Shown in pieces: positions 28,988 through 38,308 of a stretch of DNA of 64,000 nt. Location: positions 1 through 64,000 of the IMG/VR virus record IMGVR_UViG_3300048924_000605; one strand, 5' to 3'. The notes beneath the pieces are model-generated. The model made no database searches and was not told the origin of the DNA. It saw only the letters and a list, made by a program, of their open reading frames with translations. Source of the stretch: a virus. Each line of letters starts with the position of its first letter. The first letter of the stretch is position 1. The translations under genes were made by a program, and so were the position numbers.

Positions 28988-31900
28988 TTATCCAAGATCC
29001 TGACGGACCGTAGGGGCGTTGGCCCGAATCGTAGACAAAATTATCTGCCGGCCCGCCTGAGTGCCCATTACGTTCACGATCTCGCGCGGGTCCAGATACA
29101 GGACATTGGTGATCTGCGAAGAGCGCGGTTCGGGCGCACGGGCGGCGGACCGCTCTGAGACCGGCCGACGCGCGACGGTGGGCGCGGTCGGAGCCGGTGA
29201 TACGAAGCCCCCACTCGCATACCCACGCAGTCCATCCAATGCGGCCATGCCGACGCGGTTGAACCGCTCCAAGAACGATCGCGCGCCCGGCTGACGCACG
29301 ACCTCCCGGCGATTGACGAACTCGCCGCGGTGGACGATGCCGGCAGGGGCGTACTTCGGGCCGATCCCGGTAAAGCCGCCCGTCGCGAAGAACCCGCTCG
29401 CGCCCTTAGTCGCGTTGGCGGCCGCCAACGTGGCCGCGGCGGCCTGCATCGCGGAGGCCGCCTTGAGCACTACGCCGCCGGCCACGCCCAGCGCGACCGA
29501 CGCACCCGTGATCGGGGTGGCGTAGGCGGCGCCGGCCGCTGCCGCTTGGACCGGGTCCGGCTGAGCAAGATCGGGCGTTTTGCCCCCGCCCGCGAACTTG
29601 CCTACGACCGACATCAGCTTGGCCGTCGCGAAGGCAGCCAGTTGCTGCGACGCCAACTGGGCCAAGGACCGAGCCATGTCCTGCACCAATCCCGTCAGCG
29701 CCTGCCGCAGCGTCAACGTTCCGGTGGCCAGTCCTTCCAGCGCATTGCCCAGGCCCGTCTCAAAGCCATTGGTCAGCGTCAACACCAATTCGTTCGACTG
29801 CGTCTTGAGCGCGGTGACCTGTGCTGTCAAATCCTTGACCCGCTCGATCGCTTCGGGCGAGCCGGTCTTGGCGGCCAGCGCGTCCATCTTCGGCAACAGC
29901 TGGTCGACTTCGGCCGCGGTACGACCATGCAGATCCAGCAGCTCACGGCGCGCGTCGATCTCGGTCAACAGACCCGCTTGCTGGCGGGTCTGGATCGACT
30001 GCTCCTGGCGCGTCTGATCACCAAACACCCGATCGACTTGCGCCTGCAGATCGTCCAGCTGAGCGCGGGCCACCTCGGTGTCGATACTGAGGTTCAGCTT
30101 CAGCCAGTCGCCCGTCCGCCCGCGTTGCAGCAGTTCGGCCAGCGAATCGCGATGCTCCAGCAGCAGTTCACGTTGCCGGGCCGCTGCGTTGTCGCCTCGG
30201 TTACGCAGCAGATTGGCTTCGGCCTCAGCGACGGTCTGATTGAGCTCGTCGTCGGTCTTTCGTTCCTTCTTCTCCTCGCGCTTTGCCGCCGTCTGCTCTT
30301 GTTTAGCGAGTCGTTCGGCCGCTTTCTGCGCCCGATCGGCTTCTCGCCGGGCCTTCGCTTGAGCGCGGTCCTCCGTGGTCGCCGCTTTCGCGGCCTCTCG
30401 CTCACGGACCTGCTCATCGATCAGCTTGCGAGTTGCCTCGGTGAGCTGAGTCGCATCCTTGACCCCGGCCGCCTTGGCGGCCTGATACTCCAACGCGGCA
30501 CGGAGGCCCTTCTCCCGCTCGATTCGCTCAACCTTGAGTTTCTCGTTCTGATCCGTCAGGGATTTGGCGAAGTCGGCAGCATCCTTGCTGGCCTGCTGCG
30601 TGGTGCGCCCGCCGGTCGCCTGAGCGCTTCGAAGTTCCGCCAGGGATTGCTGTACCGACTTGAACTCTGATTTGGTACGACCGAGTTGGGACTGGACACG
30701 CTGCAGCTCGGCGTCAAGGTCTTCGCCCATCAACCAACGACCGGCGCTCTGACCGGCGTTGATATGGAATCCGCCGCCGCCGCGCTGAAGGCCTTGAAGA
30801 TCCTCAAGCTCTTCTTGCAGCTGATCGCGCTGGGCAATCAGGCGCTTGCCGGCGTCGACACCCGAATCGATATCCTGCTGCTTGCGAAATTGCTGGGCGG
30901 CCTTGATCGTGGCCTCGAACTCCAGTTTCGCAGCTTTGGCGTTCGCACTCGCGTTTGCAAAGGCACTGGCTAGGAGCGTAATGCCGGTGATGGCAAGGCC
31001 GAGGGGACCGCCCATCAGGGACAGCACCGACGAGAGCGCTCGAATCGCGACAGCCTTCGCGCCGACCGCCGCAGTCGCGGCTTGGGTCGCCGCAGCGGTA
31101 CGGGCCTGCGCGGCCGCCAACGCGGCCTCGGCCGCGGTCGCTCGCGCACTGCTCGCCCCGCCGAGCGCCAGCGCGCGGGCACGGCTGAGCTCTGCCTGGG
31201 CGGCGGCTTCGGCGGCTCGGGCTTGCGCCAGTTCCTCCTGCGCCAGCCGGCGGGTTTCGCGCATGCTTTGGACCTTGGCGGCACCTGCCAGGGTCAGCGT
31301 CGAAAGAAGCCGGCCCAACGCAGCGACGGCAACCACGCCTACGGCGCTCGCCAGACCGTCGAAGTTTTGCGACAACCCCTGGATCGCCTGAGCTACCGTC
31401 GAGGATACGCCGCTGGCTCGATCCTGCTGACCGATGAAGCGGGTGAATGCATTGTCCAGTTGCGTCAAGCTGCGCTCGATCGTCAGCGGCAGTTGGCCGA
31501 ACTCGGATGCGATCTTCTTGGCCTGCTCCCCTGAGAACGCCTTACGCAGCTGCTCGCTGGTGAGCTTGCCTTCCTCTGCCAGCTTACGCAGTTGGCCGAC
31601 CGTAACGCCCATGCTGTCGGCCAACGCCTTCATCAGGCGCGGTGCGGCGTCGTTGACGGAGTTGAACTCGTCGCCCCGCAGCGTGCCGGAGGCGAACGCT
31701 TGGCTCAGCTGAAGGATGGTCGAGGCCGCTTCAGCGCCGGTCGCACCAGAGACCGCCAGGGCCTTGTTGATGGTCTCGGTCAGGCCCAGTACGTCACGCT
31801 GGGACGTGCCCTGCTCGCGCAGGGCACTGCTCAAGCGCCCAAACAGGGTCGCGGTTGCGTCCAGCGACGTGGACGTGCGCTGCGCGATCGCGAAGACCGC

Positions 31901-32242
31901 GGCTTCGGCCTGGTTGAAGCTGGCCTGCGACGTCGTCGCGAGCTTGATCTTGGCCGATAAGTTTGCGTAGCTGTCGGCGGCCTTGACGAGCCGCCCTACG
32001 ACATCGCCCAGTCCTTGCAATCCAAGGAAAGCAACCAACTGGTTCTTCGTCTGCGACACCTGCGAACTAATCGCCGCTACGCTACCGCGCACCTGATCGA
32101 ACTGCTTCCTGCTCCGAGCGCCAGCTTGTTCGGCATCGGACGCGAAACTTCGAACCCGCGTTCCGGATTGTTGGAGCGCCTGGTTGAGTTGGGCCGCATT
32201 CGCGCGCACCAACAATGTAATTGTGGTGTCGCGATTGGCCAT
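28988..32242 (-). CDS. tail tape measure protein
   Basis: 1084 aa, Ala-rich; QLSQAFASGTLRGDEFNSV tape-measure domain; FATGGFTG..KY.PAGIVHRGEFV. Confidence 0.93.
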   Translation of the reverse strand: MANRDTTITLLVRANAAQLNQALQQSGTRVRSFASDAEQAGARSRKQFDQVRGSVAAISSQVSQTKNQLVAFLGLQGLGDVVGRLVKAADSYANLSAKIKLATTSQASFNQAEAAVFAIAQRTSTSLDATATLFGRLSSALREQGTSQRDVLGLTETINKALAVSGATGAEAASTILQLSQAFASGTLRGDEFNSVNDAAPRLMKALADSMGVTVGQLRKLAEEGKLTSEQLRKAFSGEQAKKIASEFGQLPLTIERSLTQLDNAFTRFIGQQDRASGVSSTVAQAIQGLSQNFDGLASAVGVVAVAALGRLLSTLTLAGAAKVQSMRETRRLAQEELAQARAAEAAAQAELSRARALALGGASSARATAAEAALAAAQARTAAATQAATAAVGAKAVAIRALSSVLSLMGGPLGLAITGITLLASAFANASANAKAAKLEFEATIKAAQQFRKQQDIDSGVDAGKRLIAQRDQLQEELEDLQGLQRGGGGFHINAGQSAGRWLMGEDLDAELQRVQSQLGRTKSEFKSVQQSLAELRSAQATGGRTTQQASKDAADFAKSLTDQNEKLKVERIEREKGLRAALEYQAAKAAGVKDATQLTEATRKLIDEQVREREAAKAATTEDRAQAKARREADRAQKAAERLAKQEQTAAKREEKKERKTDDELNQTVAEAEANLLRNRGDNAAARQRELLLEHRDSLAELLQRGRTGDWLKLNLSIDTEVARAQLDDLQAQVDRVFGDQTRQEQSIQTRQQAGLLTEIDARRELLDLHGRTAAEVDQLLPKMDALAAKTGSPEAIERVKDLTAQVTALKTQSNELVLTLTNGFETGLGNALEGLATGTLTLRQALTGLVQDMARSLAQLASQQLAAFATAKLMSVVGKFAGGGKTPDLAQPDPVQAAAAGAAYATPITGASVALGVAGGVVLKAASAMQAAAATLAAANATKGASGFFATGGFTGIGPKYAPAGIVHRGEFVNRREVVRQPGARSFLERFNRVGMAALDGLRGYASGGFVSPAPTAPTVARRPVSERSAARAPEPRSSQITNVLYLDPREIVNVMGTQAGRQIILSTIRANAPTVRQDLG

Positions 32243-32680
32243 TGAGGATTACGCGTTCGCAGCGATGCGCCACCGCGATGACGGCGCCTTTCAATAGTTC
32301 AAGAAGGCGCCGCAAGCGGCAGGGAGATGCCTCCGCCAGTTCGGCGGAGGACTGCCGGACTACCTAGCTAGCAAGGCTAAGTTCGGCGAAGGTATGCAAT
32401 TGCAAGCGGACTATCTGGACAGCACGACAGTACCGGACGCTTTCCCATTCATTTCGGGCACAAACGTCGGGGGCTTGCAGCCAACGCAAGTCAAAACCAG
32501 AAAAACGAGGGTGAGAACCGCTGCGCGAGCTTTCATCTGGTAGATCTCCATTAGGCGATAGCGCGGCGCCTGCCTCCGACGGAGGCATGCCGCGCTTCAA
32601 TGTAGCTCGCCGTCCCTAAGCGCCCACTCGGTGAAAGGAGGCTGGAGATTGACCGAACTCACAGTTCATACGGGCGCAAC

Positions 32681-34354
32681 TCAGATTCCCTTAACGCCCT
32701 CCATGCCGGAGCGGTAACCGGTCACCCGCGCTCGACCTTCTTCCTTGCTTCGGTACAGTGCCGCGTCAGCCCGGCGCAGGAGTTGCTCAGGCGAATCATC
32801 TTCTCGCAGATCAGCAACGCCCATCGATAGGCTAAGCGGCACGGTATGCCCTTCAACCGAGACAGGGTGTCGCGTTACCGTTTCTCGCAGGGCGCTGGCG
32901 AGCACCTCAGCCTTTCCTTGGGATAGTCCCAACAGGACAAGCAACATTTCGTCGCCTCCGTATCTGGCCACAATATGCTCATCGGGAAGCCAGTTACGGA
33001 TCCTTAGCGCAACGACCCGCAATGCTTCATCGCCCGCCTGATGCCCGTACTGGTCGTTGATCGACTTGAAATAGTCGATGTCGATAAACACCACGGACAG
33101 ATCCGTTCCAGCCTGATGCGCTCTCTCGATGTTCCGACGGAGCATGTCGCCTACGGCGTCTCGCGTGATTACCCCGGTCAGCTTGTCGTAGGTCCAACGT
33201 CGCTGCGCGCTGTCGCGATCAATGCGTACCTGCTCAAGCTTTGCGGTAAGCCCGAGCATCAGCGCGAGACCGCTGAAAGCCAAACCAGCGGGGAACATCG
33301 TCGGCACCCAATCGGGCATGGTCCACCAGTTTTGGTAGCCACCGACCATTACAACGAGTGTCGCCATCACAGGCGCCCAAGCCAGAAGCAGGAACACGGC
33401 TTCACGCTGTCGTCGGGCCAGTGCGCGAGCAATGCCTACGGCAATGGCCGCAAAGGCTGCGAGCATTACGGTATTCCCGAAGTAGGCGCTAAACGTGGTC
33501 ACATGAATCAGCGACACCAGGAGCAGGCCGCCCAGCAACACACTACAAACGTTCAGCAGGACAGCAATCCGCGGCTGTCGTGCTTCCAACTGCAGGAAGA
33601 ACACAAGGAACCGGATGCCCGTCAATACTGCCGCAGTATTGATGACGATGTTGGTTCTTCGGTCGAGAGCAAACTCCGCAAGCGCTGGGACGACGCCAAT
33701 CTCCCCTCCCTCAATCATGAGATTTGCGAGCTGAGCCAGCATCGTCAAGCCGAGATAGGCGTAGCCATGTTCGCGCATGGCAGCGAAATAGCCGAAGGAC
33801 AGCATCGCCACCAAAAATAGAGCGACGAGAACCGACGTTCGGTACTGCGTGTAGGCGATGTCCGCCTTATGCACGGAGGCCAGAGGCTCAATCGCCAAAT
33901 GCGATGGAATCAGATTGGGCGAAAACACCTGGACATAGAGGACGTCGCCAGAGCGAAGCGCCCCACCGAGAGACACCGAAAGAGCCCGGGCAGGCCGAGC
34001 CGCGTCCGAATCGTCGCCAAGAGCAGTCCGATGTATCGCGCGGGTAGCGCCGGGGAGCCAAACCTCGACTTCCTTCTGATTCGGGGGCGTAATCACCAAC
34101 TGCGGATTGGAATCGGCAGCCGGCGCCGCCTTCAAGACAATGCGCCACCACTGCGGCTCCTTCCGCGTCATGGCTATGTCTACTCCGGCCACAGCATTGA
34201 ATTCCTGGTCCCGAGTTCCTGCCACGATCTCGGCTGCGGGCAACTTCCCCGGCGTATCCAGCCGCTGGAGCGTGAATCCGACAGCCGCTGCATGATCGCA
34301 CCAAGCGCACAATAGGAGCAGAAGGACTAGGCAACGCGGCAATTTCGGCGACAT
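32681..34354 (-). CDS. 7TMR-DISM sensor diguanylate cyclase, moron
   Basis: Signal peptide, periplasmic domain, about 7 TM segments, DKLTG, DIDYFKSINDQYGHQAGD, RYGGDEM, ADAALYRSK; GGAAGGAG RBS. Confidence 0.92.
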   Translation of the reverse strand: MSPKLPRCLVLLLLLCAWCDHAAAVGFTLQRLDTPGKLPAAEIVAGTRDQEFNAVAGVDIAMTRKEPQWWRIVLKAAPAADSNPQLVITPPNQKEVEVWLPGATRAIHRTALGDDSDAARPARALSVSLGGALRSGDVLYVQVFSPNLIPSHLAIEPLASVHKADIAYTQYRTSVLVALFLVAMLSFGYFAAMREHGYAYLGLTMLAQLANLMIEGGEIGVVPALAEFALDRRTNIVINTAAVLTGIRFLVFFLQLEARQPRIAVLLNVCSVLLGGLLLVSLIHVTTFSAYFGNTVMLAAFAAIAVGIARALARRQREAVFLLLAWAPVMATLVVMVGGYQNWWTMPDWVPTMFPAGLAFSGLALMLGLTAKLEQVRIDRDSAQRRWTYDKLTGVITRDAVGDMLRRNIERAHQAGTDLSVVFIDIDYFKSINDQYGHQAGDEALRVVALRIRNWLPDEHIVARYGGDEMLLVLLGLSQGKAEVLASALRETVTRHPVSVEGHTVPLSLSMGVADLREDDSPEQLLRRADAALYRSKEEGRARVTGYRSGMEGVKGI

Positions 34355-34482
34355 CGACTAGGACTCCTTCCCGGTGACGGCGGAGGATAGCGGCCCCTTC
34401 GGCTGAGTCGTGGTGCGCCGGGTCACGGTTCCCGGTCCATCCTCGGGAATTTCCCGCCCGCCCAGGTCCGATAGCGTCGTTT

Positions 34483-34500
34483 TCTTGGATTTTTCCAAGA
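34483..34500. promoter_or_regulatory. palindromic operator TCTTGGA-N4-TCCAAGA upstream of the cyclase
   Basis: 17/18 identical to 8040-8057; about 130 nt upstream of the GGDEF start. Confidence 0.65.
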
Positions 34501-34513
34501 AAATGTTAAGAAC

Positions 34514-34756
34514 TCAGCGATCTATTGCTGGTTCGACCGTCCAATGACACAGTCTCTGGCCCGTCAGGTTGTGGGCCAAAATCTGCCTTGCGGTCAGGTC
34601 CGTCAACACGTCCTGCCGCGACACCAAGATGGGCCGTGCCCAGGCGCAGTCGCCGTTTTCAATCTCGCGACCATTGGTCACGCAGCTGCTCAGCAGCAGT
34701 ACCAGGAACAGCATTGGCCACGCGGCTGTCGATGCCGGTCGGAAGTCGCAACACAT
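34514..34756 (-). CDS. o-spanin (Rz1-like) lipoprotein
   Basis: Lipobox LLLSSC; overlaps the i-spanin; start may be 34714. Confidence 0.75.
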   Translation of the reverse strand: MCCDFRPASTAAWPMLFLVLLLSSCVTNGREIENGDCAWARPILVSRQDVLTDLTARQILAHNLTGQRLCHWTVEPAIDR

Positions 34757-34964
34757 CGGTTTCTACCTCGCCTCGAATTTGCGCATCCGCCGCTTCACGT
34801 TCGGCAGCCGCAGTTCGTGCCCGTGCCTCCTCCTGATCGACGCGGTCCGCCGCTTCCTTCTTGGCGCGCCGGCTCCCGGCGAGGCGGCCAATCCCGAATA
34901 CCGTCAAGATCGCTAGAACCGCGGCGACGGCAGCAGCGCCCCAGGCCTGCAAGCGCGCGATCAT
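34659..34964 (-). CDS. i-spanin (Rz-like)
   Basis: N-terminal TM, helical tail ending LRDQWSRD; follows the endolysin. Confidence 0.75.
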   Translation of the reverse strand: MIARLQAWGAAAVAAVLAILTVFGIGRLAGSRRAKKEAADRVDQEEARARTAAAEREAADAQIRGEVETDVLRLPTGIDSRVANAVPGTAAEQLRDQWSRD

Positions 34965-35437
34965 GCGATGTGACCGCCGGCCTTCTGGTAGACCGCGAGC
35001 AGGGCTTCCAGCGGATGCTCGCGCTGGCCGTAACCGGCATTGGGCAGCGACGCCCAGGTCTTCCGCGATTTGCGGATCGCCGATGCAATCCAGCCCGTTT
35101 GGATGTCTGCCAACGAACCGTTCTCGCGCAGAAGCTCAATCGCCGCCCGATCCTGCGATGCCGGGCCGAAGTCCGGCAGGTCCAGTCGCGTCTGCAAGCT
35201 ATTCCAGGTACGCCACAGGAATTGGTAGCGACCGGCCGCGGTGGAGTGGATCCGATACTTCGGCAGCCAGACCAGCAATCTCGGGTGCTTGGAGTAGTCG
35301 GTGAAGCAGTCGCCGCCCACCAGCACGTCGTAGCCGCGCTGCTTGCCGAATCGCTCTACGCCTTCGGCATGGGCGATCATGTCCAGGAATGCGACGACGT
35401 TCTGGCCGCCGGCCTCATCAGCGGTCAATCGTGCCAT
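34961..35437 (-). CDS. endolysin, lambda R-like lytic transglycosylase
   Basis: AFLDMIAHAEG, GYDVLVGG, STAAGRYQFL, WASLP.AGYGQ. Confidence 0.93.
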   Translation of the reverse strand: MARLTADEAGGQNVVAFLDMIAHAEGVERFGKQRGYDVLVGGDCFTDYSKHPRLLVWLPKYRIHSTAAGRYQFLWRTWNSLQTRLDLPDFGPASQDRAAIELLRENGSLADIQTGWIASAIRKSRKTWASLPNAGYGQREHPLEALLAVYQKAGGHIA

Positions 35438-35639
35438 CGCTGCCTCGCTGCTGGAACACGCGGCCGATCAGGCCCAGGAGAAGAACGCCTGCGGTGATGT
35501 AGGTGGCAGCGCGGTCTGGAACATGGGCGCGCAGATCGTCGGGGATATTGAGCCAGGCGCCTTGGACGGCCAGCGCCAGGCTCATCGCCTGCACGCTTAG
35601 GAAGCGCCACGCGTGGCGCCAGTTGTCGATGAGCTTCAT
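35418..35639 (-). CDS. holin
   Basis: 73 aa, two TM segments, MKLIDNWRHAWRFLSVQ; overlaps the endolysin. Confidence 0.8.
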   Translation of the reverse strand: MKLIDNWRHAWRFLSVQAMSLALAVQGAWLNIPDDLRAHVPDRAATYITAGVLLLGLIGRVFQQRGSDGTIDR

Positions 35640-35905
35640 GGTATTTTCCGAAGGGATTGGACGAAGGCGTTGACGTCTCGGCCACCGGCAAAGCCGGCGT
35701 TGACGTCCTCGATGCGGTCGGCACGCAACGCGTGTTCGCGCTGGATCGCGACGCGGTAAAACAGCGCCAGCTGCCGTGCGGTCGCACGCTCGATCCACGG
35801 CCAGTCGTGGCCGTGGTCGATCAGCGTGGCGAGGACGCTGGGCCAGTCGCTGCCGGGGCCGCGCGCTTCAGTTCCAGCGCCGCCAGCACGCGCTGCAGAA
35901 AAAAA
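35636..35905 (-). CDS. tail assembly chaperone extension (gpT-like, reached by -1 frameshift)
   Basis: -1 frame relative to the upstream gene, no ATG/RBS, T TTT TTT slippery site. Confidence 0.7.
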   Translation of the reverse strand, partial: FFSAARAGGAGTEARGPGSDWPSVLATLIDHGHDWPWIERATARQLALFYRVAIQREHALRADRIEDVNAGFAGGRDVNAFVQSLRKIP

Positions 35906-36258
35906 TCGGCGTTGACCGCCCAAAAGGTGAGCAGCAACAGATCGCCGTGAGCGGCGGGTAGTGCTCGGACCCACTCAGGCGGTTGATCGCTGGCCTTGGC
36001 GAGCAGCGCGACGGTTGCCGCGGGCTGCTGGGCGCACACTTGGTGCAAGCGTGCAAGGTCGACACTGCCGTCCTCGGTCTGCTCGACCAAGTCGGCTACC
36101 AACGCCGCGATGGGGTCGTGCAGACTCAGGCTCTCGAAGAACCCGATCTCGCGCACCGTCACCGTTCGTCCACCGACGGGCAGCGTTCGGTTCGGCTGCA
36201 AGACGGCGAGATCGTGCGGCGAGCCCGCGGTAGCACGGGGCTGGACCTTGCGCGCCAT
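35821..36258 (-). CDS. tail assembly chaperone (gpG-like)
   Basis: Follows the tail tube gene; FWAVNADFF motif. Confidence 0.75.
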   Translation of the reverse strand: MARKVQPRATAGSPHDLAVLQPNRTLPVGGRTVTVREIGFFESLSLHDPIAALVADLVEQTEDGSVDLARLHQVCAQQPAATVALLAKASDQPPEWVRALPAAHGDLLLLTFWAVNADFFLQRVLAALELKRAAPAATGPASSPR

Positions 36259-37016
36259 TAGCCCCTCACCAGTTCGATTCGGCCGAAGCCGCCCAAGTCG
36301 GGGTCCAGCGCACGCGATTCATCGAACAGGGCGGCGCCGGACAGTTGCAAACTGCCCCACTCTTCCGAAATCAGGTCGAGCTGCTCGATGGGATTGAAGG
36401 TGACGCGATACAGCGTGACTCGGGCGCGGCGGCCGTTGACCGTGTTGATGCCATCCAGGAACAGCATCCGCTCCGGCGGCGGCGTGCTGAAGAGGGCGAT
36501 GTTGACGGTCTCGCCGTGCTTGTACGCGGCCTTGAAGGGCTGGGTGAAGCCGTCGACCTTACGCAGGCCGATCAGTCCCGACGAAGCAGACTCGGTCCAC
36601 CAGTTCGCGGCAGGGACGGTGACCGGCGGGTTGGCGCTGTCGGTCAGGGCCACATCGCTGACCCAGCCGCGATCCAGGGCGACCAAGTCGTTCGCCTTCA
36701 GGCCGGTCGGGAGCAGCTCGCTGCTGACGGTGCCGGCCGGCAGCGACGCAGGCACCGAGTACATGCCCTCCGCCAGATTCTCCGGCGTCGCCTCGTCCAG
36801 CGTGAGGTTCACATTGGCGGTCTTCGACTGCACCAGCCGCCCGTACAGCAGGCGATTGCCGCTGAACGACTCGGTTTTGTCCGAGTTCTGGACTTCCAAG
36901 GCCAGCTGAAGCTGGGGGGCATTGCCGACCCAGCGCAGCGGACCGGGCTTGCCCGAGGCCTGGCGGGTGGCGAGGTAAACCTTGCCTTGGAACGAAAACA
37001 GGTCTTGCGCGGCCAT
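36258..37016 (-). CDS. major tail tube protein
   Basis: FSFQGKVY..WVGN, FLDGINT, LDLISEEWGSLQLSG; AGGAG RBS. Confidence 0.8.
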   Translation of the reverse strand: MAAQDLFSFQGKVYLATRQASGKPGPLRWVGNAPQLQLALEVQNSDKTESFSGNRLLYGRLVQSKTANVNLTLDEATPENLAEGMYSVPASLPAGTVSSELLPTGLKANDLVALDRGWVSDVALTDSANPPVTVPAANWWTESASSGLIGLRKVDGFTQPFKAAYKHGETVNIALFSTPPPERMLFLDGINTVNGRRARVTLYRVTFNPIEQLDLISEEWGSLQLSGAALFDESRALDPDLGGFGRIELVRG

Positions 37017-37052
37017 GTGGTCGCGTTCTCCTATATATAAGGTGTCGTGGGA

Positions 37053-37598
37053 TCAGCCGCGGCGAGCGCGCAGGACTTGGCGATCGATTTCGGCGGTGAT
37101 GACCGCCAGTCCGGCCTCGGCCATGCGCTGGGGGCGGTCGCCCTTGCGGAGCATTTGCGCGATCGAGGGACCGTACAGGCGCCGGATTGGGGTACGCGGC
37201 ACGCGCTTCTCCCCGTTCACGGGCGTACGCTCGAAGGCGATGTCCGCGCCGCGGTGGCGACCATGAAAGCCGCTTCGCTTGAAGCCGCGCTTCCCCTTGA
37301 TCGCAACAAAGTCCAAACCTCGGTCGTCCGCGCTGCGCTTGGAGCGGAAGTTGCGCAGACCGACACCACGGGCGGTGCCGACCAGTTCCAGGCTCTCGTG
37401 AGTGGTCCGTACGCTTAAGCCAGAGCGGATGCGGGCCGCCGACAGTGCATACTCGGTTTGAATGTCCCGCCGGGCGAGGACGGGCCAACGACGCCGCAGC
37501 GTGCCCAGCGCGCGGCGCTGCGAGAGGGCGATCTTGGCGGGCATCTGGCTCAGTTGCCGAGCCAGGTTCAAGGCGCCGTCGGCGTCGATCGTGATCAT
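37053..37598 (-). CDS. minor tail protein (lambda Z-like)
   Basis: Arg-rich; R.PIRRLYGPSIAQM; start at 37598. Confidence 0.7.
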   Translation of the reverse strand: MITIDADGALNLARQLSQMPAKIALSQRRALGTLRRRWPVLARRDIQTEYALSAARIRSGLSVRTTHESLELVGTARGVGLRNFRSKRSADDRGLDFVAIKGKRGFKRSGFHGRHRGADIAFERTPVNGEKRVPRTPIRRLYGPSIAQMLRKGDRPQRMAEAGLAVITAEIDRQVLRARRG

Positions 37599-38023
37599 GT
37601 GCGGTAGCGGATCGACAGAGCAACCTGCACGGCGACCACCGGCAAGCCTTCCGGGCGGTCCAGGAACACGATGTCCTCGACCTGCACCGGCAGCGCCTTC
37701 GGCAACGGAATCCAATCTACAAGCGCTGCCTCGACATCGGCCGCGATTGCATGACACCGGGCGTGGGCGTCGATGAGCGATGCCGGCACCGTGGCCTCGG
37801 CCAGCGCAGACAGAATGCGATGGCGGCCGTGCGGCTGATTTGCGTCACGCTGGATCGCCAGAGCGACCAGGGTCAAGCCCTCGACCGAATCGTCCGGATG
37901 CTGCGCTGGTTCTACCGCTACGGCATCGCCGATGTTCGTCCGGTAGCCTTGATCGCTCCGAATGCTCGACAGGCGGTACGCGACATTGGACAGCAAGGTC
38001 CAAGACTGCGCCGGCTCAGCCAT
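37595..38023 (-). CDS. tail terminator/completion protein
   Basis: Position, size and GYRTNIG motif. Confidence 0.6.
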   Translation of the reverse strand: MAEPAQSWTLLSNVAYRLSSIRSDQGYRTNIGDAVAVEPAQHPDDSVEGLTLVALAIQRDANQPHGRHRILSALAEATVPASLIDAHARCHAIAADVEAALVDWIPLPKALPVQVEDIVFLDRPEGLPVVAVQVALSIRYRT

Positions 38024-38306
38024 GCAGCACCGCCTCGTTTACGCGGCCATCGTTGCGGACGACCGCCTCAACTGTCTGGGACCGGCCGTCCAAGGTGACG
38101 ATGTCGCCGCGGCGGAAGATCCAGTCCCGATTACGGGCATGCACATGCCTGACCAATCCGATGACTTGCTGGTACTCGCCTAAGCGCTCGACGCCGTCGC
38201 GAACCACCAACCGAACAGGCGCCGAGGGGTTCGGAGGGCGTTGTACGTTCGCGACGACGCCGAGCACGTCGAAGACTACGGTATCGGCCGTGGAGAACGC
38301 ATCCAC
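38016..38306 (-). CDS. head-tail joining protein
   Basis: Small ORF after the capsid gene; RGDIVTLDG..DG. Confidence 0.6.
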   Translation of the reverse strand: MDAFSTADTVVFDVLGVVANVQRPPNPSAPVRLVVRDGVERLGEYQQVIGLVRHVHARNRDWIFRRGDIVTLDGRSQTVEAVVRNDGRVNEAVLHG

Positions 38307-38308
38307 AA

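Noticed and set aside
32243-32680. ORF or ncRNA between the cyclase and tape measure genes
   Set aside because: Short ORFs lack RBSs and motifs, and no recognisable RNA family is present.
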